A stretch of 64,000 nucleotides of DNA, taken from contig OX597825.1 of the NCBI GenBank assembly GCA_951406725.2, positions 80,352,001-80,416,000 of the forward strand. Direction: 5' to 3'. Under the pieces are notes generated by a model that was given only the letters and a program-made list of their open reading frames with translations, was not told the origin of the DNA and did not search any database. This document shows, piece by piece, positions 12,663 to 26,670 of the stretch. This stretch comes from Octopus vulgaris. Taxonomy: Eukaryota. The translations under genes were made by a program, and so were the position numbers. Numbering within the stretch: position 1 is the stretch's first letter; each line of letters opens with the position of its first letter.

Positions 12663-12960
12663 CTCTACTTTCATTGACTTCGCCGATATTTCCCTGACAT
12701 TTTTGTGTGTGTCTCAATGACTAAATATGAAAACAAAATCGCAATTTTGACATGACATGAAAAACAATAAGTGAAAACATAAAACAATATTTTCTACTGT
12801 CGTCTGTTGGTCACCATGATGTCGGCTGCTCCTTACATTTGATCACGTGATACAAGCTCTCGTCTGAGCAATGCGCCTCTCCCCCTCCGTTTCTGTATCG
12901 TACATCTCTTCCCCCCACACACACACCCCGCCGTCTTATCATCATCTCTTGCTTTTCGTC
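12663..12960 (-). promoter_or_regulatory. Candidate promoter plus non-coding first exon
   Basis: Non-repeat-looking CpG-rich island with E-box TCACGTGA (12843-12850), GC box ccccgcc (12926-12932) and minus-strand donor GAG|GTGACT at 12663/12662. Confidence 0.35.
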
Positions 12961-13268
12961 CTTTCTTCAACTACCCACCACAATTCATCACCCCATTTGT
13001 TTCCCTTTTTGGCTTCTTGATTTTGATTTTAAAAAGTGGCTTACACACACACACCACGCACATACACACACTATTTTACTGGGTTCAGACATTGGTCGAT
13101 CCGGTCTCGGAACAAGGTGTGGAAGACATCTGTCCAAGGTGCTGCGCACCGGGACTGAACCGTAAACCAAAAGGTTGCAATGGGCGATTTCTCAAAACGA
13201 AAGATCGCCGCAAAGTGAACTTTTTGGTCACAAGGCCATGCCTCTGTGCATGTACGTGTGTGTGTATG

Positions 13269-13337
<69 letters not shown>

Positions 13338-13499
13338 AAGCCGCTAACGAACGTTATTAACTGATTCTGTCTTATCAAAATCAACAGGTCCCAAATTGTT
13401 TAATGTAATCAACTGGTTCTTGATATTAAAATTTGATCCCAAACTTTATACTTGCTTCATGTTATCAAACAACGTTTATGAAAAAGGCTTCATTGCAAA

Positions 13500-14630
13500 G
13501 TGGTCAGAACGACTTCACCTGTGTATATAAACTATATGCATGTGCTAAGAAAAATATTTGTAAGAATCTTAAACTGTCTCCAGATAATTCTGGAGAAAGT
13601 TTTTCCGGAATCTCAATGCAGTTTTTGTACCTCCTGTGGCACTATCAACATAATTTTCTATGCAAGACAAATACAAGAAGAAAAAAACAGAACCACAGAA
13701 GCCATTATTCATTGACATCTTCAACCTGGAAAAAATGCTTTGAACAGTGTACCAAGAGATGCCACATGGATAATTCTTCAACATTTTTGCTGCCCAACCC
13801 ACTTCACCTTGCTGGTTCAAGCACTGCATAACATGTCTGGTTTTACTTTTCATCACAGCAATTTTTCAGAACAATTCCTGGTGACATGTAGATTGAAACA
13901 GGGTTGTTTTCTTGCACCGACATTCTTTTTATACTTATCTGCAATGCTTTTTGAACTTCCTCCAGACAATCCAAGTGTTATCAGATACCTTTTTTATGAG
14001 GGACTGTTTAACATAGCCAGATTTTCCTCTCATCTACTGACCAATCTCTGACTCATCTAACAGCTACAATACACAGACGATAATGTTCCTCTGTCTCATA
14101 ATCTTCCTCTGTCTCAATGTTCCTCTGTCTCATATGTTCTCTGTCTCAATGTTCCTCTACCGTATATGTTCCTCTGTCTCATACATATCAAGAACTCCAG
14201 CGATTGGCCAACAACTCTACCAACGATTATGATAGCTTTGGTTTCAACAGTGAATATCAATAAAACTGAAGTCTTCATCAAACCTGCTCCAAAGACTAAT
14301 GTCTCTGACACATCCCTTGAATAACTAAACCACTTTTCTCCTCTTGCAAATATTCTTTCCAATAAATGTATTTAAGGATATGAAACAAAGAATTGGATCA
14401 TCCAATTCAATATTTGGAAAACTGGAAAAAGAAGTTTTTAAGAGCAAACATCTAACCCCAAAAATGAAATGAAAGGATTACCAAACGGTTGTCAGCAACA
14501 TTATTATAAGGTTGTGAAATACGAACACTTTGTCAGGACATCAAAAAGTTTGAGCACTTCCATCGACAAAAGCTCTGCACCATCTTAAATATCAAATAGC
14601 AGGATTACATAACTAAGGATGCCATGTTAG
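13500..14630 (+). mobile_element. RTE-clade LINE reverse-transcriptase fragment, frameshifted
   Basis: Motifs FPESQCSF..GTINIIFYARQIQE, LKQGCFLAPTFF, LQYTDD (YADD-like), TVNINKTEV and RIGSSNSIFGKL. Confidence 0.88.
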
Positions 14631-14636
14631 AAAAAA

Positions 14637-14853
<217 letters not shown>

Positions 14854-14868
14854 ATATTATGTATGAAA

Positions 14869-14913
<45 letters not shown>

Positions 14914-17900
14914 ACCATAAGTTATACCGTTTGTCACAGTTGTGCATTGTCTTCAATGGTGACTGTATCATATTGATATCGTACCTACTGTGTACGCTCA
15001 CGACCGTAATGCAACATTTTGAGAAGTGAAATAATATCCTGAGATCCAGTGTCATTAAACATATAAAGAGAAAAAAAAAAAGAAATTTAAAAAGCTATGA
15101 CGAACACTTCATACCAAATAACTTGACCTCACCTTCACTCCATCCACTCAAACAGGTGAAATGTTGGGGACATTGAAAATAGGTTAAATATTACCTAATA
15201 GAAACAAAAATAAAATTAGATAATTAATTAGCGAGACTTTTCACTGAGACATCCTTGTTGACTGTTTAGTGATCTCAGGGGGGTCAGGGTAAAACAGTTG
15301 ATTAATTATACAATGGATTAAATGGATTAATTATCTAATAATCCAAATAAGGGATTAACTCATTTAAAGATGATACAAAGTAAACATTTTAAGAGAAGAA
15401 ACCTCAGAACAAAGACCTCGAAATTATCGACAGAAAGTCCTACAACAAACAAGGGATTACCGCTGGTAGTAAAGCAGTGGAAGTGTTGGCGGTGGTCGGA
15501 GAGAGATTAACGATGGGGTGGTTAATTAAGCTAGGGATAGTAAAGTCATTAATGAATGCTTCTGACAATAAAATGAAACTAAATAATTTAGAAAACATAA
15601 AAGAAAGAATGGTTCATTAATGAGAGGTGGGAGAATAGGGGGGGTGTAGTGATCAAGGAAATACAATGGCAGGACCCCTAATGAGATGAGAGATAATCTG
15701 ATTGATGAGGAAACTTTACGAGAGACTTACTTGAGTCAGATGAGCTAATGTTGGGGAGTTAAAAACGTGTTAGAACATTCTCTAGATAGGATAAAATACA
15801 CCAATGAGAGACCTCGAACAAAAGACATGATTTTTTTTTTATTGAATAAATAAATATCTACTTATTTTATGTTCAACATGGCTTAGACAGGAATTGATCT
15901 TGCGGCAGAATTTTAACGGCCGGATGCTTTTCCTGCTAAAGGGGTTTTGTTCTATTCCACAGACCATCAAATTACATAGCTATTTTTTTCCAAGTTAAAT
16001 CAGAGATTCTTATAAACTGACAAACAGCACCCATTCCACCTTGCCAAATATTAGGGATTTTTTGCATACTCCCTACATTTTATTGCAAAAACAAAACAGG
16101 GTCTGCCTCTACAAATCTTCATTCTTCACCAGAGTGTTGGTGGACAAGTTATAAAAACCATCTTAACACATTAACCGCCACAGCCTGTTACTGGAACTTA
16201 ACAATAACACCATATATTTCACGCAGTCACACAGTATATATTTAATTACAAAGAAATGTAATTTTTTTTTTGCCTGTTTAAAAATGTTTTATAATTAAAC
16301 TTTAATATTTAGCACCCATGTTATTTAAGTATCCTCGAAAACATGTCAAAGTTACAGAATAAAATATTTTCTCAAATTATGAAAGGCAGTGTCGAAGCAT
16401 GGCCACAGTCAGATGTCTAAAACAAACAGAAGATAAAAGATAAAATTTCTTGCGATCTATTTTGATAACGAAATTCACCTCAGAACAGAGCCGTATAATG
16501 CGACAGATCATGATCCTGACAGACAATTCAAAGATGGGGAATTAAGAGCATGGTTAGAATGTAAGACGAAATTCAGTATTTGCAGTATTTGTCCGAACTC
16601 TTTACATTCCGAGTTCCAACCCAGCCACGATTACCTTAGCTTTTCATCCTTTCAGGGTCGATGAAATAAAGTACCATTCTAAGACAAGAGAAATTATTAG
16701 GGCACTTCAACAAGATATTTTGCGGCATTTGTTCCTATTGTTTGCGTCCTAAATTCTTCGATGTGGTAGATTTCATCCATCGCCTGGTTTACCATCATTT
16801 ACAATGCAAATAGTTTAAAAGTTATTTCCTTTTTTCACTTTTCCCAACTTATGCCAGCAAAGAAAACGGACGTTAGATAATGAAGATGATGATGACGATG
16901 ATAATGATGATTTGCTGCCTACCATTATATGTACATAAAACGAAAGATCTTTAAAAAAAAGCCAAAAAAAAAAAACAAGGTAAAACACAGTTTAGTTACT
17001 TGTACTTTGTTAAAGACCCTTTAGTTGTCTGCATTCTTAATTTCCAGACGAAAGCAACGATAAAAGCAACAGGAGAAGAAAAAGCTGACTGCTCACGGCT
17101 TCATGTACAAGAACAGGAAATGTGAGAAGATAGAAAATGTATTCGAGGAAGTAAAATACATTATTTTATCAATCCACCACTCTTTCCTCTCTATCCTTTC
17201 CCTATTTTCCTTATGATTTCTCATTCCCAAACTTTTATTTCTTGTTTTGTCTTTATTTTTAAGAAAGATTAGAAGAAACATGAGGATTATAAAAGCAAGA
17301 CAAAAAAAAATTAGAAATGTTTTCGACTAATCCGCCATTGTATATCGGTGTTATTATTGGAATAAAATAAAACAGAATAATCTTAATAGTAATTCTCTGA
17401 TGAGAAGTAGAAATAAGTGTGTAGAAAATATAAACAGGCATACAGACGGATGGAAGGACATAGAGAGATAGAGAAGTAGATCTAAGTAAACAGACAAGTA
17501 TACTGAAAGATAGCTTGGTGTATAGATAAGGAAACAGACATAGATAGGCAGGCAAGTATATAGACACATACAAGAACATAGGTATAGAAAGACAAACAGA
17601 GAGATAGGCAGAGACATTGATAAGTAGACAGGCTGAGAGGCATATAGATCGATCAAGCGTTATGAGTATAAAAAGTAACAGATATGGACAGATATAGAAA
17701 TATGATACAGATAGAAATGTGTGTAAAAAGTAGGGTTGAGGAAGGCGTTTGGAAATGAGTTGTATTAAAATAAGGAAGGGATATCTACAGAAAAATAAAG
17801 AAAATAAATAGAATCGGGAGACATATGGCATTTGTGAGAACTCTGAAATGAACGCACACACACACAAATGTACACAGATGATTGAAGTGCCAAGGATTTT

Positions 17901-18199
17901 GTACAAAGACAGTTATCAATCAATGAGCGATAAATAGATGTATCTTGGCTCGAAACTCAAGGCCCTTCAGCCACTTATACAGTTTATATTCTGCTTTAAG
18001 TATGGAGTTCACTATCTCTTGTTTGTAAATACACACACACATCGTCGTCGTCATCATCATTGTATTTCGTCCAGTTTACATGGAGGCATGGAAGGGACAG
18101 ACCACCAGTCTGAGTTAATTCTTAGTCCAAGTTATTGTCCTAAAACAGATCAGGGTTTCTAAAGCTGGGTGCCCTTCTTGTTAACAATCATTTTATGCA

Positions 18200-19830
18200 G
18201 ATGTCCTCATCCATACCCACCACATCCCCATAGCACCACAGCTTTCTCTCTTTCACACTGCATGTGATACCTTTTATATCCAGATTCTCTCTCAGCTCAT
18301 TCATACTCTTATAGACACACACCAATGTTACACACGAACAAAGCATGCTTGCTTCATTTCTTCCTAGTTTTCACAAAGTCTCTGCGTTTGAAGCCCACAT
18401 CTTATCAAAAACACAATTTAATCACTTGTACTTCGTTAAAGACCCTTTGGTTGTCTACATTCTTACTTTCCAGACAAAAGCAACAGTAGAAAAAGGGCTG
18501 ACAGCTCTCAGCTTATGTACAAGAACAGGAAATTATGATAAGCCCACATTTTACCAAACAGCATTGCAAATAAACATTATGCAATACCTTTCAATCTAAA
18601 AGAGATCTTGGTTGCCAGCGGAGGAAACAGTATCCTCAACTTTTGCCAACCTGTTCTTCTTACTCTGACTATTATACTTTCAGACCAATCACCTCTTTCC
18701 CTCACTTATTAGATCACTTAGATAGCAGAAACTCTTAACAACATCTAGGAAGCCCTTTGGCCATATCAGAAAGTTTATTTCAAGCGTGTTCTTAAGAGTT
18801 TATTGCCATGTATGAAATATTTCTTCTCTTAGCATTCAGATTACTGTCGTATCTAATAATTATTTATTCACATGGTTTCGAATTATTCCTATTTTATCTC
18901 ATAGTTTCGAAATTTCAATGATGTGATTGCTTATTTATTCAGAACGACATTGTCGGGGAGATGTGAGAGGCTAGATCTGGCTAATTTGAATATAAAACAG
19001 GAAATTTGGACCCGATATGGTCGGTTTAAATGCTAACGGGTTAAACCTGCCTGTGATCCTACTACAACACTTGTATCTATTTGCACTAGGTACAAGGTAG
19101 AGAATTTCTAGTTTCCCCATTTCTGTAGATCGAGCACAGCCATCTATCCGACGATGGCAGGGCCCTGTCTTCTCTCATTATCACTAAGTCTAAGTTTACT
19201 TCGAGGTCTTTCAGTTCCAGGTTTCGCTTCTTTGTCTGGAATTTTCTTAGATTCTGCTACAAGGAAAAGCCACATATGCATAAGAGTTCCCACGAGGAGC
19301 TATTCTTGAACTTAAGGACTGGAGGATTATACAGCACCTATATAACATGGCTTGTACAGCTCTCAAAAGCCATTTGTCAACACCTAACAGGACAGGGCTG
19401 AGAACTGAACTCTGATGGAACCCTACCTGCAGGCTGAACTCATAACTCACAGCACCTATATAACATGGCTTGTACAGCTCTCAAAAGCCATTTGTCAACA
19501 CCTGGTTTTCTCAGCAATCAAAGGATCACAGTGTGGAACACGAAGGCCTCTTTTGGGGTGACTGATGCTGAGGCTACTCTTAGCTCCATACTACTGCAGT
19601 TGTCTCACTAAGAAATATGAAACACAGCCAAACTACATCTCATCCAGAGTAATCCTGTTAAATCAATTTTGTAATAGTTCTTTTTTTTCCCCCAAAGATC
19701 TAACAATTTGATGCCTCTGTAGTCCCCCGCCCTCTCTCAAGTGCATCTCGTTCTTGCCCAAATAGCAGCAGGCAACAAGGATATTACTACGCCAGTCATT
19801 GGTTATGACACCTTCCTGTACAACTTGCTT
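18200..19830 (-). mobile_element. Heavily degraded RTE LINE with later insertions
   Basis: Minus-strand motifs LGVDKWLLRAVQAMLY, QVGFHQSSVLSP, DWRSNILVACCY and AML..WA..RNEASML, the last matching the RTE at 28770. Confidence 0.75.
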
Positions 19831-20423
19831 ATGTGGATATGCATGTACATGTGTGTATATGCATTGTATGCGTACGTATATATGTCTATAAGTATATATG
19901 TGTGCATGCATGTATGTATGGCGATCTTGATGCTTACTGAACTATAAAAATTAAGCAGCTAAATAGTGTATCCATTACATACATATGTACGTAAATATAA
20001 GCATATGTCACACACACACACAGAGAAATAAAGTTAGATATATATTCACATAGTAGACATCTATTTGTAATTACAATATGCACAAAGATAGACACACGCA
20101 GTGATGTAAATGGATCTCCGTCGGTTTCGACAATGATTGTCGTAGTCGTTCGAACAAATAAACTTCAAATTCATGGAATTATGTTAAGTAGTCAAGTATC
20201 TCACAGACACGAGCATCATCATCATTAACGTAACCTTCGGGACGGAACCACAGCGTGACACTATGTGACGAAGTTGACCCTTTTCAATTACGGGGACAAT
20301 CCAACCTCTAGGGCTTCCGCACGATTTCCATCGACCCAATTTCACTCACAAAACTTGTGTTGACCGGGGATCGAACACAGAACATCATGAAACAAACTTA
20401 ACCACTTGGGCATGCTTGTCTAA

Positions 20424-20477
<54 letters not shown>

Positions 20478-20554
20478 CCTGTCAGGCTATGTACATATGT
20501 ATCGTTATACACGTGTATATATATATATATATATATAAGCACCATCCCTCACCC

Positions 20555-20810
20555 TGACTGGCTCCTGTGCCGGTGGCACGTAAAAGGCACCATCCGATCA
20601 TGGCCGATGCCAGTGCCGCCTGACTGGTTCCCGTGCTGGTGACACGTAAAAAGCACCCACTACACTCTCGGAGTAGTTGGCGTTAGGAAGGGCATCCAGC
20701 TGTGGAAGCATTGCCAGATCAGATTGGACCCTGGTGCGGCCTCTTGGCTTGCAAGTCCCCAAACAAACCGTACAACCCATGCCGTCATGGAAAGCGGGCG
20801 TTAAACGATG

Positions 20811-20812
<2 letters not shown>
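20555..20812 (+). mobile_element. SINE-like family C
   Basis: About two tandem units, then ggcgttaggaagggcatccagc and a gttaaacgatgat tail. Confidence 0.88.
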
Positions 20813-20844
<32 letters not shown>

Positions 20845-21161
20845 GCTTTCACATACAAACACAAAAGTAAGGCTGAATATTGCTTTGTGACATTAATCAT
20901 CAATTTATATATCCCTTGTTCGTTACATTCACTCACACAAAAACATTTACATGAGTCAACAAGGCACCAGCAAAGTACTCACCCGATCCACTAAAAATAG
21001 CAGCCAAAATGGCCCCCCCAAACTACACCCTACCGTCAAAAATAGGGAAGGAAAGACAGGATATTCGTCAGAATTCACGTGTAGAATGGCTTTTATTTAT
21101 TGTTAATGTACCTGAGTTTCACCTGGGGCAAACCAACACCTATAACTTATTGTTGTAAAGA

Positions 21162-21299
21162 TAGCGAGCTGGCGGAATCGTCAGCACGTCGGACAAATGC
21201 TCGGCGTAATTTTGTCCATCTTTACGTTCTGATTTCAAGTTCCAGCGGAATCAACTTTGTTTTTAATTCTTTTGGGGTCGATAAAATAAGCACCAGTTG
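21162..21299 (+). mobile_element. SINE family A, degraded
   Basis: gcgagctggcggaatcgtcagcacg...ggggtcgataaaataagcaccag. Confidence 0.7.
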
Positions 21300-21456
21300 A
21301 ATTTTCAAAAGTTTTTTTTATTTCATAAAATGTTCACACACACACACACGACCTTTATTTCGAGGACTGGTGGGGAAAAATTGGAAAATCCCATTCAAAA
21401 CGGAGAACATCCAACTGGTGTGGGCATCCTGATCCGGAACTCCGTTGAATTATATA

Positions 21457-21490
<34 letters not shown>

Positions 21491-21503
21491 CGTATACGTA
21501 TAC

Positions 21504-21542
<39 letters not shown>

Positions 21543-21687
21543 CCTGCTCGCTTGGCCAGCGGGGTGGCGTCATTTAAAGGCTAAAACAATGCGAAACGCA
21601 TTGTGACCAGCGATGTGTAGCAACATCTGATAGCCAGGTCGGTCACGGTGATCACGGTGATATATATATATACATATATATATAGGC

Positions 21688-22632
<945 letters not shown>

Positions 22633-23416
22633 GATGAAATCGAACTCCAGTGAAGGCTCAGGACGAAGTAAATTGAGTTAATAAAAAAAAACTCGCGGGT
22701 TTATAAATTTCTAAAAAAAATCTTCTGGTTGCTCCTTGTGATATAAATATTATCACACGCTTGGCATGTCTATTGGAATGTCCGGTCTTCGGTTGACAAT
22801 GAACAAGATTTTCTCACAGTTATTAACAAAAAGAAATGTTAGAAAAAATTACATCTATATACATTTATACACGCCTGTAAATACACACAAACAATATACA
22901 TATATACACAGATACACAAACATATATACACATTCATACGCACAAACACACATATATATATAGGCGATCGCCTATATATATATATATATACCTGCATACA
23001 TACTAACTATATGACAAATTATATAGACACAAACTATATATATATATATAACTAAAAATAAGGGTGTCTGAGAGACATGCTGGCCACTTGAAATATCGAT
23101 ATTACCCTTATTTATAAATATATATATATACACAAACTATATATACAACTATATGTGTATATACGCATACAAGTGTGTACAAGTTATATATACACGAATA
23201 AAAATAAATATACCAACACAATACATACATACAGATATACGTAGATACACACATACAAACATACATACATACATTAACACATTCATACATACATACACTC
23301 ATACAAACAAACATACATACATACAATCATCCATACATACAAACAAACATACATACACGGTAAAGAAGAAGGGAAGACTTGATTAAACTTGATTAAACGT
23401 GAAACTAATTACTTAC

Positions 23417-23559
23417 CTGTTTATAAAGTACGGTTGTATTATTCCCGATAAAAGTCGATCTCAGTAAATAAATGTCTCAGGGCTTTTGTTGTTTAAGAGC
23501 CGTGCCCCCACTGCACATGTTGTCATTTAAATATCCACGGTAGGCAGGGAGGGCCACCA
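23417..23559 (-). other. Candidate 143-nt non-coding (5'UTR) exon
   Basis: Acceptor ccttgttttag| and consensus donor CAG|GTAAGT. All three frames contain stops, and there are two short upstream ORFs. Confidence 0.55.
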
Positions 23560-23799
23560 CTAAAACAAGGTACGAATATATACAAACAGATTCATACATA
23601 AATATATATACATGTATATATATATATATATATATTTATGCGTCTCTTCGAAGTAGTTAGATAAGCGACGACTGGTGTTCTAGGTAACAATAATAATAAT
23701 AAAAGTAATGGTAATAATAATGATGATAATTATTGTGGTGGTGGTGGTGGTGTTGGTGTTGGTGTTGGTGTTGGTGGTGGTTTGTAGTCATAACAGATA

Positions 23800-24006
23800 T
23801 TGGCATTGAAACACGTAAAGAAAAGGAAAAGGAAAAGAGGTGGGGGTGAAAAGGAGCCGTCTTAGTGACTCTCGGTAGGTAAAAAGTTTGTGTTATTAGT
23901 TACAGACAGTCAGCCAAGCAGACAGGCAGACCGCCGCCGTAGAAGGAAAGAGAAATAAGCGACAGCAGTAGTGGTGGTGGTGGTGGAGGAGGAGGCGGCG
24001 GTGGTG

Positions 24007-24056
<50 letters not shown>

Positions 24057-24093
24057 GGTGGTGGTGGTGGTGGTAGTAGTAGTAGTAGTAGTG

Positions 24094-24128
<35 letters not shown>

Positions 24129-24129
24129 G

Positions 24130-24176
<47 letters not shown>

Positions 24177-24238
24177 CTAGTCGTAGTAGTAGTAGTAGTA
24201 GTGGTAGTATAAACAGCAGCAGCAGCAGCGCTTGTAGA

Positions 24239-24290
<52 letters not shown>

Positions 24291-24420
24291 CCCCGCCCCC
24301 ACCGCTAACCTAACTCGGTGTATAACCAATTGTCCCGTCTTCTCCTCAACACGCACCTGTCTAAAACATCCCGCGGCTGGGAGGCAGTCTGTCCTGCCAA
24401 AAGGATTTGCTTCTTTCGAG
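23800..24420 (-). promoter_or_regulatory. Candidate promoter/5'UTR region with (GTA/GTG)n and (CT)n
   Basis: CpG-retaining unique-looking sequence with GC box ccccgccccc (24291-24300), CCAAT (24326-24330) and E-box cacctg, immediately upstream of the candidate exon. Confidence 0.4.
23965..24205. repeat. (GTA)n/(GTG)n trinucleotide array
   Basis: Seen directly; it explains the poly-V ORF. Confidence 0.97.
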
Positions 24421-24462
24421 CACTTATTTCCTTAAACATGCCACACTAACACACACACACAC

Positions 24463-24500
<38 letters not shown>

Positions 24501-25224
24501 CTTTTTCTTTCGTTTTTTTTTCCCGTTCGTCTCCTTTCCTTGTTGTTTTTTTTCTCTCACTTAATTTAACTTCTTTATATTTTTTTTCTATTATGTCGTG
24601 GGGCTATTTTTTTTATTGTTTCTTGTTTCGTTTTTTTTTAAATTGATCGTTGTTGTAGAATAAATAGTTCCCTTTAGAGAGATTACAGATGGTTATCGTC
24701 ACAACAGATCGCTGATGAATGAAAAGAAGAAAAAAAAAGAAAACGAAACAGAGAAGGAAAAGTGTGTATATATATGTATGTATGTATGGATGTGTAGTTG
24801 GACGAGAAGAGAAATTCTTGAAGTTTGTCTGTTGAAAGATAAGGCCAGAGAAAGAAAGAAAAAAAGTTAGGAAAAGAAAAATGATGTCGTGATTGTTGGG
24901 ACGAGTTAAGGAGATTGTTGTGTGTGAATTTAGTAGTGACCAGCAATCAGAAAACATAGAGGGCAGAGGGTTAGAGGGAACGAGCGACTGGTGTGTGTAT
25001 ATATGTTCCTAGTAACCCATCGCTTCTTTGTCTCACTCCCTCCCTCTCTCTCTTTCTCACATACACACACATACTCTCTCTCTCTCTTTCTCTTTCTAGC
25101 ACTTCCCTCTTCCCGTCTTCCTGCTTTATCAAAAAACAAAAATAAAAAGATCTGTACGAGTGACATAAAAGTCAGAGGGAAAGGCTGGAAAATCAAAACA
25201 GTCCTTCAACAAGTACGGTGGTGG

Positions 25225-25271
<47 letters not shown>

Positions 25272-25631
25272 ATGATGATGATGGTGGTGGTGGTGGTGGT
25301 GGTGATGATGATGATGATCATGGTGGTGGTGGTGGTGGTGGTGGTGGTTTCTAAAATAGACACGAGACTGACGCATTTTTCTCAACGTAGGAGAATGTGA
25401 TATAAACAGCGTGGACGAAGTGAAATTGATTTTAATAAATAAGCGAGGTGGATATCCGACTCGATTTTCCGGGACTTCCCCCAGGTGCTGTGATTACAAT
25501 AATAATAAAAAATAAAAAAAACGATCATAATGTTTTCGATTGATACAGATCAATACATGGCCGTGGAATAGAGTTGATAACATAATCAATGTAAGTACTT
25601 AACTGACCGACTTTGATGGAATTTGAACTCA

Positions 25632-25850
25632 GAGTGGTTGCGTGGTAAGAAGCTTGCTTCCCAACCACATGGTTCCGGGTTCAGTCCCACTGCACAGCAC
25701 CTTGGGCAAGTGTCTTCTATTATAGCCTCGGGCCGACCAAAGCCTTGTGAGTGGATTTGGTTGATGGAAACTGAAAGAAGCCTGTCGTATATATTTGTGT
25801 CTCTGTGTTTGCCCTTACCCCACCATCGCTTGACAACCGATGTTGGTGTC
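25632..25850 (+). mobile_element. SINE family B, 3'-truncated
   Basis: Matches the 5' two-thirds of the 36346 copy. Confidence 0.85.
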
Positions 25851-26324
25851 GGGACCTATACATCCTACCACTTATAAATATATTCCTTTATGAGTTCTGC
25901 ATCACTAAATGGCTTACATGTTTTCCAAGCAAGTATGCAACTTTATAGCTGGCTTCTGTTGTAGCATTCCCTTGGTGCAACACAGATTGGAAAGATTGTC
26001 TTTGCTTTTGTTTTGCATCTCTCAATTTCTGCAATGCTATCTTTCAAGACTCACCCTCTTATTTGTCATATTTATTGTCTTAATGAAGAGCATAATGTTG
26101 CTGTACATTGAATTTCTTAACCAATTACAATTGCAGTTTCACAAAACAAGCAAGACATTTTGCGTCCACTATTTATTAAAACATGTTGCAATTCCCATTC
26201 TTCACTGTTTTCTTCTTTCAAAGCTCTTTGTATTTTTTTGACATAATTATGGGTTAAAAAGAAATGTATTTATTCTGAAAAACCATTTAAAAAAAAAGTT
26301 TAATAAAGAATTAGAAAAGCCAGA

Positions 26325-26670
26325 TGCACACTGGCCCAAATAAATCAGTCTTAGACAAGACACAATAAACTTGCATCCAAAACCATGTTTTTGGTTTTGA
26401 CTTTAGCAATTGTTCCTACCATTCGAGACTGAACAACATCTAGATTAGCTATATTTTTTCCTGTAATTAATACCATTATTTATCATTCCCTAGCCCCAGC
26501 ATGGCCACAGCTCATGAGCTGAAACTAGAATCAATCAAAATATCAACGGTTTCCAATCTCACAAAATAATGACAATTGTTGAAGTTATGACCAAAATTCC
26601 AAGAACATGGGTTCGGTCACTGATTGATAGTGTCTTGTCTAAGACCGTTTTGTCTCAAGCAGTGTGCGGC
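26325..26670. mobile_element. Degraded MITE-like inverted-repeat element
   Basis: gcacactg...gtcttagacaagacac (~26328-26364) versus gtgtcttgtctaagac...cagtgtgc (~26630-26667). Confidence 0.6.

Noticed and set aside
17259-17906. 215-aa ORF, the longest in the window
   Set aside because: Antisense to degenerate GATA/GACA-rich low-complexity DNA, with no recognisable domain.
20974-20986. Strong minus-strand donor GG|GTGAGT
   Set aside because: Adjoins a dispersed repeat motif (aaatagcagccaaa, also at ~39572, ~39807 and ~53875) and has no supporting acceptor.
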